Assembly: GCA_963920595.1 (NCBI GenBank)
Contig: OY986946.1
Coordinates: 2,728,001-2,792,000, forward strand
DNA: 64,000 bases
Reading direction: 5' to 3'
From: Eimeria praecox
Taxonomy: Eukaryota
Made by a program: the position numbers and the translations under genes. Positions 1 through 17,616 of this stretch are shown piece by piece (positions within the stretch are counted from its first letter, which is position 1; each line of letters begins with the position of its first letter). A model generated the notes under the pieces. The model was not told the DNA's origin and made no database searches. It saw only the letters and a list, made by a program, of their open reading frames with translations.

Positions 1-3000
1 TTCGTCTCCCAGGCATAAACTGAAGATGCCTGGAGGGCGAAGATGCTGCAGCAGACACAAGGAGCAAATCCGCATATGTTACAGATGAAGTGCATGCTTT
101 CAATGTCAAAGAAAACATTTGATACCAGACTCCGAAAGAAGGGATAACTTACGACAGAAGCCAAGACACCCGAGTTCAGGCATGTCACAGCTAAAACTTG
201 GCCTTTTGAATCTGCATTGTTAGGCATAGGCTGCAGGTTGTTCGGTTCCAATTCGCGGACGACTCTTCCGGTATTCTTGTCGACCATGGCTACCCGGTAG
301 GTGTTAAAGTCTCGCTTAAGGGACTGGATTGGATCACTTGGATACCCCGCATCACTTGATGTTTGAGACTTCACGCCCGACTGATCAATATCGGAACTGC
401 TGCAGGCACTTCCGCTCGTGCTATCGTCACTTTCCGCGTACCCACTGGCGCGACCAGGCCGATTTTGCGAAGCCGCGTTAGCTGGTAGGGGGGGTAGCAA
501 AGATTCCCCTTCCCAAGGAAATGCCCTCAGCAAACGATCCCTGTTCTCTATGCCGAGCCTTTGGAGGTCAGCTGAACAACAACCCTCTTCCGGTCCCTCT
601 CGCAGGAACTGCAGGACAGGGAACGGCAAGCTGATCTGGTCTAAAAGCACAAGGTTCCCCGAACTAGTGATGGGGTCGCCACCCCTTTCACTCCACTGCA
701 ACAGCAGCAACAAGTTGTCTGCTGTGGAAAGCAGCAACAGGCGCTGCATCTTGGCCTCAAGAGACCGCGCCGCTTCTCCAAAGGGCATCATCTGTAGAGC
801 CTGTATGATCGGGTCAGTGCCAGTGAGTGAACTGAGATGCGGCGGAGCTAGGCGGGTGTATGTGCACCCGGTCAACCACACATCCGCGAGTTCAAGGGTC
901 ATCCCCTCCACGCGCTGCAGGACACGCAATACAACACAAGACGGGCAATACCACTAAGCGGCTGATGCGAGCACGCAAGCGCAAGCACGGTTTTGGGGGG
1001 CATCTGGCAAGGTGGTAGGGCTCTGCTGAACAGAATTTGTTACCGGCACGGAGGACATGTTCCATAGTAGGCGCAGCGGGGGATCCCTGGCGCAGGGCTG
1101 GTTTTCACAGTCCGCTGGTGGATGATGCAGGAATCTGAGGTTGACTGAGAATACAGCCAGTAGAGAGGGCCCTGTAACGGCCCATAGGCTGCCCCATAGC
1201 GGCTGCAAGCGAACTGTGGAGAGCATGGTGCTTCGGTGGCGAGTTGTAGGTCGGTGGCATCGCGGGGACTGGTGCTCGTCGGCAGGGCTGCCGGTATGTC
1301 CAGTATTGTTGCAGAGAGATGGCGACAGGGCTGACTCAGAAAGCTGTTGAAGGAAGGCAGCGTTGCGGCGAGCACAGATAGATATGTCATGAGATGCAAA
1401 AAATAGGGGAATCCAACCAGCAGGCGCCCTCCTCACTAAATCTACTAGGACAGCAATGAGCTTCCCCATGGTGTTGGTGGTACTGCTGTTGCTGCTGCTT
1501 TTGCTGCCGCCTTGGACGAGGCACACAATAATGACATAATCAGCTGTGACTGGATTCGCAAACGAAATACTCAGGGGCCTGACAGTGAGGGGCCGCGCTT
1601 GACCTGCTTCAGTCTGGTGTTGGAGAGACCGGGTCACCTCATGTAGGAGATCCCGTGGTAGCCATTTCCCAGGTGGAATGGGCGTCGACGGCAAAAACTT
1701 TGTGGGAAAGTTGAGTTCTTTTGAACGGGATCTGGGAACCGAAGATGGCGAGGATGGAGGCTTGCCCTTCATCCCACAAACTTCCGCTGATCCCATTGAG
1801 CCGTTAATTCCATTAGTGTCCACCGATTGGGGAGAAGCTAGCGAGGTAGGCGCTGCGGAAGGGAAAGCAAGGCAAGGTAGAGAAGTCGACGGTTCGCCAT
1901 AATCCTTGGAGCCACCTTTTGCAGATCCCTTTACGCTCTCTTCTGCCTCTTGCCTCTCCTCCGGCTCAGATGCAGCTGTGGAAGCAGTTGAAAGCAACAG
2001 CATTTGGGCGGCCGAGGTGCACGCCACGTACAAGTTAGCGTATGATGGGTGCTTAGCAATTGTCACAAGAGGACTGTTGGTTTCATGCGATGTAGAAGCT
2101 GTTTTGCCTTCCGCACAGGGGATCTGCCCGACTGAGGAATCCTTATGCTGAGTAGCTTCTTTCTGCATAGACGAAGACGAAAAGGAAATCTTCTGAATCT
2201 GTAAAACCTGTTGCTCGTTGTCCTGTCGTGTAGCCTGCGGGTCTGGATCTGGCAATAAGGCATCACTGTAGTGGATAGAGTATAGATCTCGTCCTGGGAA
2301 TAAAGCAACCCGATATTCCTTCGTAGGCCCCTCTTGTCCTTTTTCCTGTTGAGAATACAAACGAGCATTCCATATCGGGATGCCGTTGTGCGATTGATAT
2401 TCTTCTCCCTCCGTTGGCCGTGGCACTTCGGCTTTTGCACTGGGAATTTCAGGGGCAGCAGAGCTACGTGTTTGCGCAGGTGTGGTCTCCCCTTTCTTTC
2501 GCTGCTGAGATAGAACAGACTTTGCTGCTTCTGCTGCCGCTAGCAGTTGTCGCCACCTGCGCCATGTCTGTAGGCCCTGCCGCAACAGTATACGCTCCAA
2601 CGCCTTTATGCCGTGGCGGATTGAAATTCGACGCTGGACACTCTCCCTTAAGGGCCTCAGAATGTGTTTCCTCAATAAGATTATCCTAACTGCTGCAGTA
2701 ACAGCTGCTTCCTTGATTTTTCGCATCAAAAAGGCTCTGCGCTGCAGCCATAGAAGGGCTGGATGCACATGGAGGATGATGCGAACCGCAAGACGCCATC
2801 TCAGGCGCTGGATAGCTGTGATAAGTCGGCACATGTCCTTCGGAGTTTTGAAAAACTGCCCCGGGTCAGCCATCATTGCGGCAGCCTCTCCATAGACGGA
2901 CGCCTTGAAGCAGACTAGAGAAACGCCGCAAATAAACGAGCCAGGCCGGCTTTGAGGCAGCAATCCGAGGGTTGCTGACACTGCAGAAGCAAGAAGAAGA

Positions 3001-6000
3001 GCACCAAAGCGCATAATATTTGAGTGCCACTGCTAAACATCTAGGGCATGATATACAGTTGCAGTTTTTCTCTACCTATCGTGTGGCATAAGAGCCTTGT
3101 GCCTCGTTACCTAGAGTGCGGTCCCTGGCGGTAACAGGATTGCAGTGCCTGAGTGTCTCCAGTATCCGACGCTCCCTCGAGACAGTGTCTTGTTGCTCGG
3201 CATGTGCTAAGAGCTTCTGCACCTTATCCTCTTGCTCCTTCAGCCGTTCCGCCACAAGTGGGCTCAATGCTTTGCGTAGTCTGGTTGCGAGTGAGCGAAG
3301 GGGCATTCTATGAGGGAAGCCAGATTGTAGAATGTCAACCAAAGCTAAAGACCCAGAATGTTGCAGCTGAAAAAAGGGGAAAAAAGGAGCACCAAGACTA
3401 CAGTCATTAGCAGCTGCAGCCCGAGAACGGGCTCATTGAGGTAGACTATATGCTTATTCCAAGAGCTGCTTTTTTGTGCACTTCTTTTGCTGTAGATTTG
3501 AAGCAACATTTAGATTACCGCTGCGATCCTCGACCTGACACGACTAGCCAAGCATAGCTTAGCATGACTATCGGGCAGTAACTATGGCCAGACGTTCACA
3601 CTAGAGAGATTCATCGTGATGCAGTCTAGATATTCTTTGTATTCCAATTGTTACTACACTTCTGTGACGCTACTGCCTTCATCACTACAGATTTCCTACC
3701 TGATGCAACACTGTCTTCCTCTCAAACTTATCAGGCTTCATCTGGCCGTTGGGGATGAAACATCGTATGAAGTGAAGCTGCATATGGGGTCCCTGCAACT
3801 CCTGGTTTAGGTCCTTCACGCTCTTCAAGAAGCGTTTTGTTATGGAAGAGAACTGGCCGCCACCTGCGGGTGCCACGCATACGCCCTCCTGCTTTTGACT
3901 CTCCTCATGTTGTTGCATCGCGTGCCGCAGAAGAGACTTCGTGGACTTCGCCACGAGATTCTCCAGCTCGTGCTCGACCTAAGAGCGCACAATATTGGTG
4001 GGTAGCAGATCATTGCAGTCAAAGCAATTTCACTGCACAGAGGAACTCATCACAATGCTGTTTGCTTGGGGTGGATGCCTCACTCTGTCGTTGTTCAAAT
4101 CGAGCCAGCCATCGGTGCCATACAGGACCGTGCCAGCAAAGTGCTTGACAGCGAAAACCCTCTCCTGTACTTTGCCTGCTGCCGATTGGCCTCCTATCAA
4201 TCCCCCTCCCGTTTTCCGCGTCTGAAGCTGTTGCGCTCCCACGAGGCCGATAGAAGTCAGATAGTCCTGCTGCAGATGCTGCAGCAGAGTCCCGTTGGCA
4301 GCAGCCTCTGCTGCTTGCATCCCGTTGGCACCTTTGAGACAGAACAGGATGTGCTGCTCACGCGCGCCTGCAGGTTCTTGACTGCCCCGTTGCACGTGGT
4401 GCATGCCTTTCTGAGTGTGCGTGGGCTGCGTCGAGGAGGAGCAGTAAGTGAACAGGCCATTCCAGAAGTGAGTGTCGTCTCTTGCTTGCCCCTGGGCCAG
4501 CAGTCGGCAGGAGTCATCTAAGCGCCGGAATACGCCTTCCTGTAGATCCCGCAGCAATGAGGGGGTGTCTGGCAGACTCGAGAGGAGACTGAGCTCAAGG
4601 TCTGCCTTAAATGATCCGCTCGGCTTTATTCGTCCACCTGACGGCTGCAGGTCTGCTGCCTCCTGCTCTGCGTTTTGGCGCTGGTGCGCAAGCTTGTTTC
4701 TTGCTGCCACCGCCGGGCTCGTCACTCCTTCTCTAGTGTACAGGGCCACCTCTTCTTCTATGACCTGCTGGACGAATAGCTGTTGTTGCCTCTCATTCGC
4801 GTAGTTGATGCAGAGCTGCTCCAGTCCATTTTCCAACCCAAAGGATTCAAAGCCGTAAATATCGAGTACTGAAGCAGACGGACCAGCAGCACATATTATT
4901 GCATATTGTACGGTTTCAGGAGTGTGGCTGTCGCTAAATAGTATGAGTTACGCAGTCGGGTGCCTTTGCTCGGCCTAGAAGGATGGTAGTGGGTAGGCAG
5001 AAGAGGGAGTTTTTTTTGAAATGGAGAGTGTCTGTAAATGGTGTGGGCATTCCTCAGGCTTAAGACGAAGATGGCTTACTGCCTATGGACTTCAGACTAT
5101 CACGATCCTGCTGCTGTTTTGCCGGCTGCTGTCCCTGCATATGCCGAGCAGCACTGTCATTCAGTCGTTGCACAATGTGGTCAAATAGACGGCTATAGAT
5201 GAATTTAATAAGCGAACAACAGACGCTGCTGCTTTGTTGCTCGTTCCTTCGAGTACAAAGAACGTCTCCTTTCAAAACGATTCGACGGCATTGCAACACT
5301 TCCTCGAGTCCTTTCCTGTCCACTCCAAGCAACGATGCTGCATGGTTGAGGGCATTTTCCGCTGCTGCGTCCTGAAGTTGCAGGTTGTCATCTTTGCCCT
5401 TCGTGAAGGAGACATTGGACAGATGAAGCAATCCCGCGAGAAGTTGCAGCAGTTCATCGATTTCAACAGTCGAAAAATCAGCACGTTTCAGTGCCTCGAC
5501 CATGGACTCGAAGTTGCGCTGTAACACAACCACCCAGAAACCAAGCATACAGTTACAAAATGCCTGAAACGGAATGTGCTTGGCAGAAACTAATAATAGC
5601 GCGTTTTTCATTTTGTCCTGTAGGGGACTATGAGCTATTTCTGCAGTGCATCACCACACAGGACACACAAAATAGACGGAGCCCACGGTCGCCTCACTCG
5701 ATCAACTTCTTTCAACACTATTTTACCATCCCCCGTTGATTCTTCTCCACGAGCCTTTTGTTGTTCTTTGCAAAACACTGTTTGAAGGAATTTGGTGGAG
5801 TCCTGTGGCTGCAGCATGCGGTAGGCCGTTTCGTCGTCTGTCAGCCCCATAGATTTGCGCATTTCCTCGCTTGCCCCTGAAGTGCCAAGGAGACGCATAA
5901 CACACAGAAAGGAATATCTGAAGATCTTCCATCCACACCGTATCATCACAGAGATGCGACAAATCACGCAGCCCATCTGCAAGCATGCATTTGAGTGCAA

Positions 6001-7783
6001 AACTAGCGGTTGGCCTCTTCTGTGTTCGCTTACCTGTCAATAACTGATAGAAGACATGAAAGTTCCTGTCGCCTCTTTTGTGTGCTGTGATGCGCGAAGC
6101 TTCCAGCAAATATGTCCTCAAGCTCCCACCCCTCAGCAGGCCTCCGCTGTCAAAGTGGAGGAGTGTGAGCCGGCCGATTCGACTGCTGTTGTGGTTTCTC
6201 CTGGTGGCAGCGTTTCCAAAGGACTCAAAAATAGCATTGCAAGAAACAATCCGTTTCTGTAGCTCCGTTGCTTCTTGCAGTGTTTGAACACCTCCAAGAA
6301 GTGCTGCTAACTCCGTCCGCTGCCCTGATACCGTCTTAGGCGCACCTGAATCGCCGTGAGACCCTGCTGCGCCGTCAGAGGTGCCCCCCAGCGTATTGTT
6401 AGGGGATGTTGACACGTGAGTAAGGAAAAGCATAAGCTGCTTGCTGGTTTCGGTCTTTCCCGCTCCACTTTGCCCTGAAACTACAATAGTCTGACTAGTC
6501 TGTGTCCCCACGAGGCGGCGCAGAGCTTCCTCTGCCACGACGAAGGGGTGCGGTGGCGGGCGGTTTCGGCTCGCGGTTGTCTCCTTGAAGGCTTGTTCAA
6601 TAGCAGTTCCTAGGTTCCGTGACTCAGATACTGCTGGGATATCACCGCTATAAGGCTTAGTGCCTTTCATCCAAGGATTGAGTTCGGGGGAATCCGTGCG
6701 AGTATGGAAATCGCTAGCATCGGAACTAGGGGGTCTGGAAACAGGTAATACTCCTGGGAGGCTATCCAGTATGGAACGGATCGCGGTGGCCGAATCCGCT
6801 TGGCCGGACTGCTGCCCCCCTGTGCTTGCAGCTTTGTCTTCATTAAGCTGACGCCGGTATACCCGAGCGATTTCCCTCCAGTGCCGATACAAGGAGATTT
6901 GCTGAGCGGAGTACAAGTGGGGCAACGGCTTGTAGGGGTTCACAGCCAGCAGCACGTTTGCCGCGTAGGTGTAAATCTCATTGCGAAGGTATCTATGCTG
7001 AAGCAGCTGAAGGAGAGCGGCAGCAGACAACGTTCCGCAGCAAGCGCTGTCATCGGGCATTGGGTGTGGCGGCAAAGGGGGAGCACTGTAGGGCCACAGG
7101 TTGCTGATGGGAACTTCAAACGGGGGTTGGGATATGAATCCTGCAATGGCTGCATCAGCAGCAGCAGCAGCTGCTGCTGCTGCCCGATCTTCGAGCTGTT
7201 TTGCTGAGGTGGCCGAACGCTCTCCTAGGCCAGTTTTAGGGGAAATGGTGCAAGTGGAAGAGTCTTCCGGGTCGTCAGACGAGCCTTCCGACTCATCATC
7301 CATATCGGTATTGTCTGAAGAGGATGGAGATTTCAGTCCGTTGGTAGGTCGGTGGGACAGGGGGTCGGCGAATGCTTCAGTTGCTGCTTCAGGGGGATTC
7401 AGCGACCAGGGTGTTGTAAGCTTTTCTTTGCGTGGCTTTGTTTTTTTCCTTGAAGTTGCATTTACAGATGAAGGTCCGCTCTGGCGCTGTGATCCTTGAT
7501 TGTTCGATCCTTTTCCACCGATAATAGCTTCTGCTTCGGTTGTGCATGTTGACGCTGCTAAAGCGTCGCGCAGTACGTCAGCAGCTGCCTGCGCCGCTGC
7601 CACGCTGGAAGCTCCTTCAGCGTCGACCACAACTTGAGCTTTTCCTGCTGTGTTGTCATACTTCAAGATTTTCACTGTCACGAAGCCCTCTTCGGTACTG
7701 GGGGCCCAAGCCAGCGCACCGGGAGCTACCCCCTGCAAGGAGTACTCCTGGTCTTGGCCTCGAGCCCTGCAAACGGGAGCCAT
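1..7783 (-). CDS. Unconventional myosin heavy chain (motor, degenerate IQ neck, long tail); 3' end beyond the window
   Basis: Phase-consistent GT-AG exons: 7783-6034, 5876-5698, 5518-5080, 4868-4084, 3978-3700, 3366-3111, 2980-1044, 914-153, 29-<1. Motor motifs: [18 protein letters not shown]-loop [83 protein letters not shown]. Confidence 0.93.
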
Positions 7784-9183
7784 ATTTGAGCTTATATATA
7801 CGGTGAATGACTCATAATTGTTTCTGGGGTAAGCAGGGGCTGCTGCGAATGAGGGCTTGGGATCCTTCAACAGGAGGCATGCTTATGAGGCACTTCCTCG
7901 GTTCTGAGCCATTCCATTGCATACAACCATCTTTATTTTGCATATGAGCCCCACAAACAAGCACTAAAATGAATATTTCATGGGCAATGTTAGCAGGCAG
8001 GCGATCTTCCGGACGAGCGTCGTAGTCTGCGGCCTTACCAAAGGACCCTCAGCCCACTGGTTCCCTGGGGCGACTCCCTTTTGGCTGAAAGTGCTCGCAG
8101 ACTGTTTCAAATTGCTGTAAATAGCAAAGTCTTTAGTCAATATGCTTGTGCTGAAAGCATAATAAGTGATCGAAGAGGTTACTGTGGTAGCAAAGTGCTT
8201 ATTTGTCTGCGAAGACGCATTTCTACAAGCCACGTCCTGCGGCCCATGATCGGCGTCAGGAGAACGCGCTCCCTCATCGAGTCATAGTCTTAAATGGGGT
8301 AGCGACATTTAATGACTTTCATAAATTTCACTTATGAAATAGCTGTAAGGTTTTCACCTGGAAGATGGCCGGACAGCAGGAAGAGCGGCCGACCCTGAAG
8401 CCCCGATGCAGCACGGTCGCCAGTGCTGTGAAGGTTCGTCTTGTGCAACAAAACTTCTTTCCTGCGACAAAGGCATTTCAGTGATGCGGATCGAATCTCA
8501 AGCTACATCTTTCTGGGCCAGACTTGATTGAGCAATGGATATCTTATAATCCTTACGTTTTATGGTGTCTTCGGACCGGCAACTCGGCTCCCGTGTCTGC
8601 CGTCTATCGCCACGCCTCTCGATCTTCAATTGCGCATCCTTCGCGTTCACAAGTATTGCTACTTGAACTGATACTTTAAAAGCTTGTAGATATGGAACAA
8701 GCAGTTTCGCGAATTTTCCCCTCTCTTGGCTTGACTGCCTTGGGACCCCTGAATTCCTGCATCTGTATAGATAACATTATACATGAGCATGTCTTGCACG
8801 TGGGTTTACTCCTTAGCTTCTTGGCTTCCTGATTTGGTTGCCTCTTGAGCCCTGAACTCCTGAATCCGCCTAGATTAGATTAGACACAAGCATGTCTTGC
8901 ACATGTGTTTACTCATGGCCTTCCTCGTATCCCTCGTTCGGGTTGAACTGGGTGCGAGGAAAACCCCCTTGAGCGAATCGTATTCGTACTGAAACCCTGT
9001 CACACAAAGCCATCTCTCTGGTCCTGATAGCCTTCGATTCAGTCAGTAATCCTCCGGTCACAAAAAGACATAAAGGCTTGGGGCTTTCTAGGATGTTGAG
9101 AGGAAACTTGCAAGTCAAGAGGTATCCGAAACGGCAACCATATGGACAAATCTTTGTCCTTGCTACAACTACAAATCAGTCTC

Positions 9184-9311
<128 letters not shown>

Positions 9312-12300
9312 ATCCATATTGCCACAGCCCAAAGTAGACTATCTCTGAGTGACAATTCACAACGTTGGTAGGTGGAAACCCTTTGCTTGTGGTGCAAATC
9401 AACGCTAAAGGCCGCTAATATACTCCATTGCGTAGCACCAGCAGACAGCTTCCCCCTGTTGGCATCAATGCCTTTAATTTTGAGGCTGTAGAATGCTGCA
9501 TTTTCCTGATAACTTGCAGTTTAGCCTTCAAAAGGGAATTGGTGAGGCGGCACTCTTTCAACGTTTCTCCAGGTGGAACAAAATGCTCGCAATCATTCAG
9601 TACTTCCGAATGAATTGATCTCCAGTGATGGCATAAAAGCAGGCAAGTCTCAGTTGGCGTAGTTTCTGATGCTGCTTGTCGTTAGGAGCTGCTGCAATCT
9701 AACCAGAAGTCAGACAGACCTCCACAGAAACCCTCCCGGCACAATATCCGAATATCCGAAGTGCTAGCCAGTGATAGCGGTGCTAAATTGCACGGATTCC
9801 GGCGTATTTTACATCTTATTGATGGCAGTCCCTTGATTACCTACGCCGTGAACGTTGTTCCAGTTATCGGCTCCGTGCCGATAGAACGTAAGCGCCGTAC
9901 CACCCCATTTAGTTGAGCAGTTTTATGCGGGTATACATATGCGAACGTCCCAGTTCATCTGAAACTAGAGTAAACGCCCCTGGCAGCAAGCTCTAATTAA
10001 ACCATCCTGGATCTGCGTGGAGGGAGTTGCTTTTGCCGAAGCTAGTGAAGCAGAGGAGCTAAGCCAATGCCTCACTTAAGAAGGAATGGCGCTTAAACTG
10101 TAATTCGAAATCATTTCGCAGTTGAAGGAAGCATGCCAAGGCAAGCTAGCTTGCCTGAGAGCATCACTCAGGTCGGGGTCAGAGTTGCTTCATTGCTGAC
10201 TCCAGGTGGAGCAGCGATTCTTTCCGCTGTTTGCAGAACGTTTGAAACAAAGTAGGCATAGGCTGTGCATGAATAGCGACATATTCGCTGATGTGTGGCA
10301 CAAGCTGCACGTAAATGAATTGTGCATACCCGAGCACGCATAGAAAGCATGAATGTCGCATATTGCTAGCTTGTGATCCGACTTATTTGGTGGAGTGGTG
10401 ACAGGCTAAATCAACAAGGCAGGTAATACATCATTCCGCTGCCTCCACTGAATTTAAAGAGGGATGCGCCCTGTATATTTCAGCATGGGTCGTCCTGAAG
10501 CAATAAGCTTGATTGAAAGCAAGCTAAGATACGTCTAATGGGGCGTTTCAATTCATGCCTCACTCTTTATGAAATAGGGTCCCAGTCAGGGAGCGCGAGT
10601 GCTGGGTAAGGCGCGCGCGCTATCCGTGCATGGTTCAACAAGCAGTATGGTCCAAATCTGAAACGAAGGGGGTATATCCAGATCTCCCAAACCAGTTTAT
10701 GGACCCCAGCGAAAAGGCTTTCGACTTCGAAGCACAGGGGGGACTTAACCGCCTCCACCAGCAAATGTGGAACTCATAACAAGGATGGTAGGCAACGACT
10801 TAGGCTAAAGGTAGAACTGCCTCGTGTGCCATTAAAACATTTCGCAGGAAGCTGCATTACGCTTGAATGGCCCACCGTACAGGAAGGGCGGAGTTGGCCT
10901 CCTCCTCTGAAGGCAGACAACCAACGCAACAAGGGTAGTACAGGGATGTCGCTGAAATACCATGTTTTCTTTGTATGAAGGAGTTCAATGCAGGCGTTTT
11001 GCCACGAACACTTTGCGGGACAGAGGGAAGTTTCCGTTAGCATAATTTCATATTCACGGGAAAACGGAGAGGCACACGTTCGGTGCTTCTGTCAGCACCA
11101 ACTTGAAATCACAAAAGGAGATTGAAATGGAAGGTATAACAGTTGAAATATTTCTTTTAGATCTAAACACCTAAGAGTCGATGGAACGGGCGCTGAAGTG
11201 TGAAACACCCTTTAAAATAATCCGAGAATTGCATGAAGGTTCAACAGCATATACCATTGATGTAGCTTGATACAACAAGAAAACTTCCTACATCAAACAC
11301 AACGCAGCATTATTTATCCCGACAATAATGCTACGGTCTACGGGATGAAGCATAAGGGGCAAATACTCTTTTGCAACCCGCCATATGGATGAATTTGTGT
11401 AGTGTCGCAACAGGAGTTTTTGTGGCATAATCAAAAAGCTTTTGTTCTATTAAAGAGGGTTTTTAAAGAGGAATACAGACAACCCCCTAAGGCGCAGCTG
11501 TACCTGGAGAAATTGTCTTTGCATCAGAAGTAAACATTGTATGTACGCATTGAAATCCTTGCAGCAGGAACTTGTGGGACCACCCAACGAACTGTGAAAA
11601 AAGTGAAGACAGACCCAAGAAGATAAGGAAAGATACGCTAGAATCACAGATCAAAATAGTAAATAGGCTACGCCGTCTAGCGAGCTGCAGCCGTATTGAT
11701 GGAGGGGTCAGACCTCTTCAATATCATCATCATTTTCATCATTCGTTGGCAGCCGAAACTCTGTATGTAATATATTGAAGTGTTGCAATAGCATTTTTAA
11801 ACGAGGCAAAAAATGCAGAAATGAGCATCAAATAGCAACTAGAAGCAATCTCCTACTTTCAGGATATTGTTGACGAGTAAAACTTCAATTTTTTAGATGC
11901 CGCGATGTTAACTGATAACAGAAGCCCCTATTAAAACAAAGCTATTAAAACGAGGCTGTTTCTCTTTTTATTGTTGCTACGTTGGCAGATATCAACCTGC
12001 CCCACATTTCTTCAACTAATAGTATCTTAGCACGTCTTATACGGCATGAACACGAAGGATGCGTGTCTGCTCTGTTTTGTTTTTTTATTGAGCATATCGT
12101 TAATGATCAAACTGAAAACTCTTACGAAGTCTGTAACAAGCTGTATGCTGATAGAGGCATCGAAGCAAGCATCATATTAGCTAGCCGGGGTGCCTTTATA
12201 TACTCCCCTGTCCCCTTTGTTTACTTAAAGGAGCTTCTTCAGTCTTGTCTGAGACAAATATAACCTATAATCCTTTTTAATTTAAAGCCGGGGGGGAAAG

Positions 12301-13190
12301 AAGTCAAGATGCAGCAAAAGCAAAAACAAGAACCCGCCTATGGTCCACTGGACTTTCTATCCGGTGATACGATGTGGGGGTTCAATTCGATGAAGACGCA
12401 TGTGGTTACAAAGAAAGCGTATTTTATATTAAAACTATCTGCAAAATAAATGGCATTTGATTTTAATACTAACGATAAACAGTTATTTACGTGCTAAGGA
12501 CAGACAAAGCCAAGAAAAGAACACAGCGGTAGCTCTGCGCGTTGCTCTAGGCACACGAACTCAGTCTGAATCCTATCAACCATTCAAGATCTGAAAAGCA
12601 GCAATCTTACGAGTTTAAATAATTTCTTTGGCTGTATGTATTCGTCTTTCTCTCTTTTAATATAGATTACTTTTAATTGGTATTTCAAAAGGGTTTACAT
12701 CTTCGTCCGGATCAGAAACACACGCCGTGCAACTTCAGCCTGTTCTGTGTGCTCAACCATCACTCCAGGCACGTAGTAAAAAGGCACAAAGCCACTAATA
12801 TTGCAGCTTTTGAGCAGTTTAAAACAACAGTCGGTTGTGTAGGGTGTTCTCTTGACCCGTTTCAGGGGGGGGGGGTGGGGGGCTACTGTACAACTTGAGC
12901 GCGAAGGCAAGGGGTCTGTTTCTGCCTTTCGAGTGTTTGAGGGGGCTGACACTTCATCTCTCTCGAGTACAAAACTATGGCTGTTGTAGTCTATCCCATA
13001 AGCAAGAGTGTCTTGTGTAGAGAATCCCCCTCTCGAAGCTGTTGCGTGCCTGTATGGGAGGCTGTTGACCGTGTTCATCTTCTTGAAGGCGTCTCATTGT
13101 TTTTGTTTTCTGATATTGATGTTGCAGGGCCACAAGCCGTTGTACTCAAAGGAGAACAATGGAGTCAGTAAGCAGACTCTGTTCTTGCAG

Positions 13191-15602
<2,412 letters not shown>

Positions 15603-16204
15603 AGAGGGAGAGAGAGGGGAGACAGACAGGGAGGACTCCCGAGGTAACAAACCCGAAGGAAGAGACGCTGACGCTTGCTTACGGAAACATGCAAACACCT
15701 GTGTATACACCGGAAGCAGCGCAGCGGGGTGTCTGCTGCCTAGGGCAGATCAAGTAGCTTATGGTAATACACTTTAGTGTATCCTTGTGAGAAATTTTAA
15801 GGAGAAAACACAGACAGACGGAGGTAGACAAGCAAGTCTGCTTGTCTAAACCCTCCCCCCCCCCCCCCCTCCCCCCCTGTTTCCTTATTATGTTTGGGCT
15901 TAACGATTTCGTGTTTGTTATTACCTCACTGGTGGGGTGTATGCATGCATGCAAACAGGTTTCTAAAGTGGCATCGCGCTTATTTATTTGTATGTCTATC
16001 ATTTTTGCTGGGGCTTTGTCTACCTGGCGGCTAAGAATAAAAGCTAAGGACAGCAGTCGAGTACAGACAGAAACTGCTGCTGCCTGCGGTGTCTGTACAT
16101 ACACTCCAGAGGAGGCACGCTGCAGCTTAAGACTGCGCGACGTTTTTGCTGAAAACCTTAACTGTCTCAACTAAAGCACTAAACCACATATACATATAAC
16201 CCCA

Positions 16205-16238
<34 letters not shown>

Positions 16239-16944
16239 CCCTAAAATCTAAAACAAAATTTTCAAACAGAGGAAATCAGAAAGAAAAGAAGCTGCAGACT
16301 TAGTATATTAACAGACGCATGCATATCTGTAACTGTCTTTGATGAGTTTATGTATATTGAAAATCCCAAAAGAACGAACAGACGACAATTTAAAAAGATG
16401 AATGTTTGCTGCAGGTACAGCTGAGGCCCCTGCCTGCGGTGTACGTACACCGCAGGAGCACGGCGGGCAATAAGCCTACGGCTTGTGTTATTGATAATGC
16501 AACTACCTTTCTTATTCTTGCTGTATGTTAGGGTTTGGATGTTTGCTCAAATGCATTTGCATTGAAGTGGAATAGGAGGGAAGGAGGAGAAGAACGGGAG
16601 GGGTTTAGGGTTTAGGGTTTAGGGTTTAGGGCTTAGGGGGCGGGGGGGGGGGGGGAGGGGGGGTTTAGGGTTTGCGCCCGCAGAAGGTGTGAATAGAAAC
16701 AAAAACGAAAACAAAGGAGAGCAAACTCTCCACATCTCCTGAATGAATGAACTCTTCCTTCTGCGGTGTCTAGACAGCTGGGGCCCTACTCCTATTACAT
16801 GATAGGCAGCCAGCAGTCGTCTCTGCTTTACAGGATTAACTGCAGCAGCAGATAGCATGTATGGGGGCCCCCCTCCCCTCAACCTATCATAAGCTATCTG
16901 CTTCTACAAGAAGGAGAAGAAGGAAGAAGAGACAAATACTTCTC

Positions 16945-17557
16945 TTATTCTTTGCTATCTCCTTGTGGCTCTGTCTTCTGTCCTGCCGGTATCGGCGGCG
17001 GATCGTTGAATTCCGCTAACACAGCAGCAGCATTTGCTGCTGCTGTTCTTCTTGCTGCTGTTGTTGCAGCATCAGCAGCTGCAGTAGCAACACCAGCAGC
17101 AGCAGCTACTGCTGCTGCTGTTGCTGGTTGCTGTTCGAGGAAACGTGAAAGATGTAAGACGTCTTCTACAAGATCTTGCTGCAGGTGTACATCCAGCTCG
17201 TTTGGGGCTGCATGCGTCTTAATACACCGACCAAATGGGTTTATAAGAATTTGTAGAGTAGAGAGACTAAGATAGGGGGAAGCAGCAAGTAGAAGGCACT
17301 GCCCTATAGCACGTCTACGTTCTAGAAGAGCTTCAGAAGATAAATGCATGCTGTCTAGACACCCCAACAGCCCTGATAACAACAGCTCTAAACAACGACG
17401 ATAGTATGGCAGAAGAGCCTTCTCAAATACATCTCGCGGCTCTGTTGTTATATGAGGGGCTACAGAAAAAACACACTGAGGAGAAGACAGAGACTCTCCC
17501 CCTCCAGATAATATTGACCCGCAGGGAGACAAAAGACTATCTTCCTGACGCCCTTCA

Positions 17558-17616
<59 letters not shown>

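Noticed and set aside
418..957. 179-aa plus-strand ORF and other plus-strand ORFs over 1-7800
   Set aside because: Antisense shadows of myosin exons.
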